DNA of 64,000 nt from Lama glama (taxonomy: Eukaryota), in assembly GCA_028534125.1 (NCBI GenBank), contig CM052816.1, positions 85,624,001-85,688,000 of the forward strand, read 5' to 3'. Below the pieces are notes generated by a model. The model saw only the letters and a program-made list of their open reading frames with translations, had not been told where the DNA came from and made no database searches. The translations under genes and the position numbers were made by a program. Positions 56,208 through 64,000 of the stretch are shown here, in pieces. The first letter of the stretch is position 1, and each line of letters opens with the position of its first letter.

Positions 56208-56915
56208 TGTAGATGTGGATTATATGTTTAAAAAAGCAACCAAGAATTCTAGGAAGAACATTATTTTCTTGGCTCAGCCTGGAGCGAGAATGTTACTTTA
56301 CAGAAGGTTAACTGAAGTACACAATGAAAGAAAACAAGACAATGAAATAGTGCAGGACTCTGTGGGTCTTTCCTGGGGACAGACTTCATTCCCAGTGTCC
56401 TCCACCTCTTGTTTTTAGAAAATCTTTAGCCTCATAGGCCTTCCCCTAGTTCCAAAGAACACATTTAATCAGAGAAGTGCAAAAAAATGCAGAAACAAAG
56501 GAAAGCAATTAAGTAAGACAAAATAATAATAGTTTAGCTATAAAACAAAGTCAAGGACTTATAGTTCCTCCTCAAGGCCTATAGATAACATCCTGAGCCA
56601 TATCCTTGAATTGTTTTGCAGATACTAAAACCTCCAGCAGGTAGAAGTTAATTGCATGCTAATCACCACCACATAGACCTCAGACTGGTTAGAACCAGAA
56701 GGTTGATGACTGAAATTACCGAAACACTACTTTTTACCTCACTATCAACCAATCAGAAAATTGTGCATGAGCTCATAACCTACCCTGTGACACTCTGTCT
56801 TCCATTGTCTTTAAAAACTCTTCCTTGAAAGCCATTGAGGAGTTCCAGTCTTTTGAGCATGAGCTGCCAATTTTCCTTATTTGACACCCTGCACTTTCCT
56901 TCACCACAGCCTGGT
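56208..56915 (+). mobile_element. ERV1-class solo LTR (MER41-like), 3' end eroded
   Basis: Starts TGTAGATG; CAACCAATCAG CCAAT box, TTTAAAAAC TATA-like, GAGTTCCAGTCTTTTGAGCATGAGCTGCC and CACTTTCCTTCACCACA, typical of this LTR group. Confidence 0.7.
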
Positions 56916-59900
56916 GATTTTATGATGATAAGTAACAAACATTTAAAGGAAACCAAAGTAAATTTTTTTTTTAATTTTGTTAAAATTCATTACTGCTATT
57001 TATCATATAGTAAATTCTCACAAGGAAGGTAAGATTCATAGTACTACACTTCCTTACAACTACCATCAAGCTCTCCAACATATTCCCACCCTTCTCTCTC
57101 ACTCTTGTTCTCACTCCTTTTTGGGACAACGTTAAGTTTTTGTTGTCATTTATGACATTTACCTGCAACAAATGCTTCTTAATTATTTGACCTTGGTTCT
57201 CTATGTTAATGTGTGCAATGCTCAGCACCAGTTGGTTTATTCTGGCTTATCCATGAGATACTGGATAGCTAGATTTTACATCATGTGGATCTTTTTGTTT
57301 TTAAAGAAACATTCATTGCTGCTGTATTACGTGGGTTCTTGAAAACATGAAAATGTCCGGTCTTTGCATCTGTACTTTAATAAAAATTGCTTCGACATAA
57401 ATTTCTTCATTTCTCCTTTCTTGCACTGAGAATAAATTTGCTCCTTTTTTTTTTTTTTTGACATCATGAGACCAGCCTGATTACTGATTCTCTCCTCTTA
57501 TCATCACCAATAGCACCACCAGGACCACATCACTCACCACACACAAACTCATACAAACACATTCTGTGCACTTGGAATTGTTAATTGTTTCATAGGAAAA
57601 TTTACTGATTTTAGATCTTAGTAACTTTATTAGGATATTACTCAATATTAAATATTTCTGTATGGAGCTTAGGTTAAATATATATGAGTACATAATAGAT
57701 AAATACACATATGCTTTACCTTATAAATGTTCTTTTTCTTTCCTTCCTCTAAGTTATTTTAAGATAACTGTACTATTAATTTGTAGTTATAACTGTAATT
57801 ATAGCTTTCTACATGTATTACTGTCTTTTTACTATTTTTTAATTTATGTTTACCAAAGTCATGAAAAAAAAAAAACTTCCTCTCTGTTGCTAACTTATTT
57901 ATCTTACCATATGCATTTATTTTGTCCAAAAATCAGTTAAAGAATTTGTTACTGAAAATGTATTACCTTATTTCAAAAAAAAATTGCTTCATTCCTTTCA
58001 ACCATCCACTATATTAATGAACGGCCAAATGTTCTAGTTCTCACTGACCTGCAGGTGATCTGATTTTGTTTTCTCTGAAACTGTTTAGTATTTTTCTTTA
58101 CAAGGGGTTTCTATTTCTCAGTGATATCATTTGGTGAATTTCATTTCCTTTCATCTATCTTAATATTTATTGGTACCTTCAATTTAGTAGCATAGGTTCT
58201 TTAGCTGCAGTAATCGCTTTTCTGTTATTTTTTAGAAAAAAGAGTTCTCTATTTTGTTAATGTTGTTTTCACATTCTGCAATACAATTTTAGAGCTTCTG
58301 GACAATTTTTAAAGTATATTATTTTTCTCATCTTACAGCTGTCTTTTTGTTCTACCTTTTGTTAGATTTATCTAATTTTATCTTCCAATCTTGCCATTAA
58401 ATCATTTTTTCTTTTAAATTATAGGCCATATCTAAATCTATTTTTATAATCTGTTCATTTTATATAATATTCTAATATTTTTATTAATGAAATTTATCTT
58501 CATGTGCTTATCTTTAGTCAAATCAAACATTTTTTGAAGTATTCTTCTAATAACTCTCAGTCTGAGATATTTTCTTCAACTGTTAAAGATATTTGGGTCA
58601 TATGTTTAACTGGAAATGTAAAATCTCATGCAGGTCTGCCTGAATTAGGAAATATAAAATAAACTACTCTTCTATCTGTCTCATGCAAGTGTGTCTTTAA
58701 TTCAACAAGTATAAATTTGTGATAAACTGGAATAGTATTTAGGTTTGATTAAGAAAATAATTCCTCAGTACAGAAATTATGGTAGAATATTTAATACAAT
58801 GGTAAAGAAAACACATTTCCTTATTGATATAAAATTGTAGATATTTAAATGCAAATATTTAAAATCAAGTTTTTACTGTATGTTTAATTGGAAAACTTCT
58901 GATAGTCTATCATTTTAAATGTCTTCAACTCAGAAGAGTAAGCAAACTGTTCAGATATAGATCAGGCTATCAGCTGAATAAATACCAAAAAGGCAGCTGT
59001 AGTTTCAAAAACAAAAGATCACTCTAAGTTAAATCATACACAAGATGATTATAGGAAAGGAAGATAAGACGTAATAGAGTCAATGCATTTATTAGTAGTG
59101 AAAACATTTTTTTTTATTTCATTGGATAGAATTGAAAAATTCAATTAAAACAGATAACAAAAAGAGTTGCAGAGTGAACTCTGTAAATCTACTCCTTAGT
59201 CTTGGATTCCGTTCCAGTCCACTCTCATCTTAGTTTAACAGTAATAGAGGAAGAACACTAAAGCTAAGTTTTTATGTGATCTAAAAGGAAATAGTGAGTA
59301 AAATGAAATGATAAAGCAACTAATTTATTTCTAATGCTCTGAATCTAGTTTTTTGTAATTTTTGCTAAAATTTCCAAGTCAGTCTCGTGTACTCCAATAT
59401 ACTGTACCTATAACCAACTTGGGGAAAAAGGGTTCCTGGATGTTCATTTTGTACTGGAACACACAAATTTTGAAACTGGTCCAATTTGTGATATATAAAT
59501 ATGGTTACTGCTGAAGAAATAATTGACTCAAATTAATATGTGCAAGACTTCCACAATAAAAATGGATAACTTATTTCTTAATAGACATTGATTTGCAATA
59601 AATGACACATTTGATAATTTCTGATGTTTATTAATTTCATGTTTATTTCATATCCATAAAGCTATAGAGTTCTTCTATGTGTCTTCTTTTATTGACTTTA
59701 ATAAAAACATAACATCATTGATACTAGATATTTTAATTTGCATATCTAATTATGCATGGATTATGAAATAACTATTGGAAGAAATAGATTGAGCCCACAA
59801 TAATGTATAAATTTTCTCATTATAATAATGTTTAATTAGAAGTTGAGCTATTGATTTCTTGCTTGGGTAAACTAATTCCTCCATTACTAATGGTAATACA

Positions 59901-60432
59901 AACATATCATAATTAGAGGATAGAACTAGGTAATGGAGATGCATCTTATCAAATAATTACACCTCTCCATTTGATGGATCTTAAATGAAGATGGGAAAAT
60001 AATATCAGTTATGAACATATATTTTTATTTGCTTAACTTCCTTTTCATAAAATTTAAAAAGTCTAGATTATGTTATGTGAATATTTTTCTTTTCAATTAT
60101 TTTAGCAATTAAAAAATTTGAGAAAATACTAAATTAAATTAAGAACAGAAATCCTGTAAGTTTATGTTTTATTTTTTAATTTATTTTATTTGTGTGTGTG
60201 TGTAACAGAATCACTTTGCTATACACCTGAAACTAAAACAGTATTGCATATTAACTACACTTCAATTTTAAAAAGGTGGAGGGAGTGTAAAAAAGGGGGG
60301 AGAGCTAAAAAAAAAAAGTGTCAGCTGATGCAGTGTCTGGTGAGAACCTGCTTCCTAGATAGCCATCTTTCCGCTGTAACCTCACATGGCCTAGCTATAA
60401 ATTTATGTCTTAAAATTGGTTAATTTTTTTTA

Positions 60433-63400
60433 ATCAAAATGGCAGAGTAAGAAGATACAGAACTCACCTCCCCAACAAACATCAAAAATACAACTATGGG
60501 TGAAACAATTCTCAATGAAAGCTAACTGGAGACTGGCAGAAAGACTCCTGTACAACCAAGACTGCAAGAAATATTCACAAGAAATCAGGCAGGAAGGGAA
60601 GAGAAGAAATCAGAAATGGACCTTTGCCCCTGGGAGGGGACTCAGAAGACTATGGAAATTACATGGGTGGAAACCCTCTCTTTGGAGTGAGTGGTTCAAT
60701 TCATATATTGGCAGTCCAGTCCTGAGGTCCAACAATAAGAAGATGAGTTTTCTAGACTGGTTGGAGGGCTGGTGGGGTGAACAGGAGGGAAGTGGGGAGC
60801 CTGGACTCCACTCATGAGAAATGTGCACACACTTGCTGACTTCTAAAATATGAAGGAGAGAGTGGATTGAAACTGCACAGGTTGCTACTGCTTCCTGCTA
60901 CCACCCTGGTGCACACCTCAGCCTGAGCCAAGTGATTACTTCAGCTCCAATTGCTTCATGACATAGATCCATGACGGGACTTGCTTCATGACATAGCTCC
61001 ACAATGGGATGAGGGCTATTGCAGCCAAGGAAAGAGCTCTGCTATGAGGCACAAAGTTGCTCAAACCTGAAGCGGTATTTGAGCAGGGCAGGGGCAGCCA
61101 TTACTAGCACTTAGAAAGGCAGTGCATCAGGAGAAGTCTGGATCTCTGACTGGCCAGATTGCCACAGCCCATGCTCAAATCCATGCTGAGCACCTATGCC
61201 AGGTCCTCTTGTTCCAGCAATGCTCCCCTCAGGGACAAGAGGGTTGGTGCTGGAAGTGGGGAGAGCACAAAATTAGAGGGATAGAGTCATCTCAGATTCA
61301 ACTCTGGGCTACTGTTTCAGCAACTTGGGATCCAATCCCACCTCTGAAAGGTCAGCAAAGACCAATAAGCAAAGGAGAAGTCCTGGCTCACAGCAGGCTC
61401 TGGCCCTAGCCCCTCCATCTCCAGCCCCAACTCCTACCAAGGTGATAGCTGCCAGCATACCTTGGGGAAAGATCTGACTTGTGTTTAAGTCAGATCTGGC
61501 TCTCCCACAAAAGCTGATGGGTACATACAGAATTTACAGGGATAGTCCCACACAAGGACACCCCTTCAAGTCCATATAAGGTAGCTGTTTTACCTAATTT
61601 CAAAGAGACAGAGAAAGTTAAGCAAAATGAGAAGACAGAAGAATCTGTTTCAACTGAAAGAATAAGAGAAAAACTCAGATAAAACAACAAATGAAAGAGG
61701 AATAATCACCTTCCAGATAAAGAATTGAAAGCATTAATAAGAATGCCAATTGAATTAGGGAAAATAATAGATGAACACAGTGAGAATTCTAACAAGGAAC
61801 TAAAAAACTGAAAATCAATTGACCGTAGATGTGTGGGTTTATTTCTGGGCTTTCTATTCTGTACCATTGAGCCATATGTCTGTTAATACCATACAGTTTT
61901 AATTACTGTAGCTTTGTAGTATTGTCTAAAGTATGGGAGTGTTATGCCTCCAGGTTTGTCCTTTTTCTTCAGTATTGCTTTGGCAATTCTGGGTCTTTTG
62001 CGATTTCATATATATCTTAGGATTATTTGTTTTATTTCTGTGTAAATGTCCTGGGTAATAGGGATCACATTAAATCTGTACATTGCTTTGGGTAATACAG
62101 CCATTTTAACGATATTAATTCTTCCAATCTAAGGGCATGGGGTGTCTTTCCATTTATTTGAATCATCTTTAATTTATTTTATTAATATTTTATAGTTCTC
62201 TGCATTTAAGTCTTTTCATCTCCTTGGTCAGATTTATTCTTAAATATTTTATTTTATTGATGCAATTTTAAAAGGGCTTTTTTTTTTAACTTTCCTTTTC
62301 TGATATGTTATTGTTAATGTAAAGAAATGCAACAGGTTTCTGCATGTTAATCTTTTAACCTGCTACTTTGCTGAGTTCATTTATCAGCTTTAGTAATTTT
62401 GCAAATAGACTTACCATATGATCCAGCAATCTCACTCCTGGGCATATATCCAGAGGAAACTAATTCAGAAAGATACACACACCAAAGTGTTCACAGCAGT
62501 GCTATTTACAATAGACAAGACACAGAAAGAACTTAGGTGTCCATCAACAAATGACTGGAAAAAGAAGTTGTGGTATATTTATACAATGGAATACTACTCA
62601 GCCATTAAAAAGAATGAAATAATGCCATTTGCAGCAACATGGATGGATCTAGAGATTATCATACTAAGTGAAGTAAGCCAGAAAGAGAAAACAAATTCCA
62701 TATGACTATCACTTGTATGCGTAATCTAAAAAAAAATGACACAAGTAAACTTATTTAAAAAAGAGAAACAGACTCACAGACATAGAAAACAAACCTATGG
62801 TCACCAAAGGGAAAAGGTGGGGGGAAGGATAAATTAGGAGTTTGGGATTAGCAAATACAAACCACTATATACAAAATAAAAAGGTCCCACTATATAGCAG
62901 AGGGAACTATATTCAATAAGTATAATAACCTGCAATGAAAAATAATATGAAAAAGTATATATGTATAACTGAATCACTATGTTGTATACCAGAATGTAAC
63001 ACAACATTGTAAATCAACTATAAATAAATAAATAAATAAAATTGGAAACAGTTTAAGTGATATTTGGGATAACATCAAGCGTACAGACATTCACAATATA
63101 GGATTCCCACAACAACACATTTCATAATTAAAATGTCAGAAGATAAAGACAAAGAGAGAATGCTAAAGGCAGCAAGAGATTGACAAAGCATCATATACAA
63201 GGGAATTTCCAAAAGGCTATTGATTTCTCTGCAGAAACATTGCAGTCCACAAGGGAGTGGCAAGATGTATTCAAAGTCCTGAAGGGAATAACCTGCCATC
63301 TAGGATAATCCACCCAGGAAGATTATCATTTAGAATAGAAAGAGAGAGAAAGAATTTCTCAGATTAATAAAAACTAAAATAATCCAGCAATACTAAACCT

Positions 63401-64000
63401 AAATGTTGAGTCTTCTTCTTTAAATGGAAAAGAAGTAAGAATCTAAAGGAAAGGAAAAATCCTGATGGGAAAGGCAAATATATAGTGAAGACTGAAGATC
63501 ACCTACATAAGCCAGTATGTAGATTTAAAAAGAAAAAAAAGTATATATAAGCAACTATAACTACAATAATCAATAAAGGGATAAACATGAATATGTACGA
63601 TATTACATCAAAAACATAAATGTAGGGGAGGGGAGGAAAAATGCAGATCTTTTAGAATGTGTTTGAACTTAAATGACTATAGTTTTAAAGGAAGTTGGTA
63701 TAGTTATAAGTCTACAAATTTAAATCTCATGGTAATCACAAGTCAAAAATATACAAAAGATACAGAAAAACTAAAGAGAAAAAAATACAAGAATATCAGT
63801 TAAAAAAAATCATTAACCCACGTGGAAGACAGGAAAAGAAAAAGAAATGAACAGAGAAGAACTACAAAAATGACCAGAAAGCAAGTAACAAAATGGCAAT
63901 AATTACATACATAGCAATAATTATTTAAATGTCAATTGACTAAATATTCTGCAAAAGAAACAGGATGGATGATTGGATTTAAAAAAAAAAAAGACCAATC
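60433..64000 (+). mobile_element. L1 5'UTR, ORF1 and start of ORF2, interrupted at ~61812-63040
   Basis: Start ATCAAAATGGCAGAGTAAGAAG; GC-rich UTR; ORF1 relics before 61810 and after 63041 (TGGGATAACATCAAGCG, AAGGGAGTGGCAAGATGTATTCAAAGTCCTGAAG); ORF2 start ATGGCAATA at ~63893. Confidence 0.88.
61812..63040 (+). mobile_element. Nested 5'-inverted L1 with (TAAA)n tail
   Basis: Antisense ORF2 ~61815-62400; sense ORF2 end and 3'UTR 62401-63020 ([38 protein letters not shown]); TAAA tail 63019-63040. Confidence 0.9.

Overview
AT-rich mammalian genomic DNA with one 500-N gap (54244-54743). It is probably a cetartiodactyl and most likely a camelid. This is an inference from the style of the young L1 3' ends and from seeing no Alu, Bov-A/tA or PRE-type SINEs. 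A large fraction is transposon-derived: L1 of several ages, MaLR and ERV LTRs, Tigger/MER DNA elements, L2 and MIR. The only firmly identifiable gene sequence is a full-length processed RPSA pseudogene (~21213-22241) with a 15-bp target-site duplication (TSD), inserted into an L1 ORF2 fragment. No intact protein-coding gene is visible. The most intriguing signal lies in the non-repeat islands: nine exon-like segments on the + strand (<1-369 to 55603-56079) with AG/GT splice signals. Their splice phases chain together with only one frameshift, yet the implied ~1000-codon frame contains more than 40 stop codons. I cannot name the protein. It may be a decayed unitary pseudogene, a lncRNA, a recoded transcript, or partly a chance construction. 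Repeat subfamily names and boundaries are from memory of consensus sequences and are approximate.
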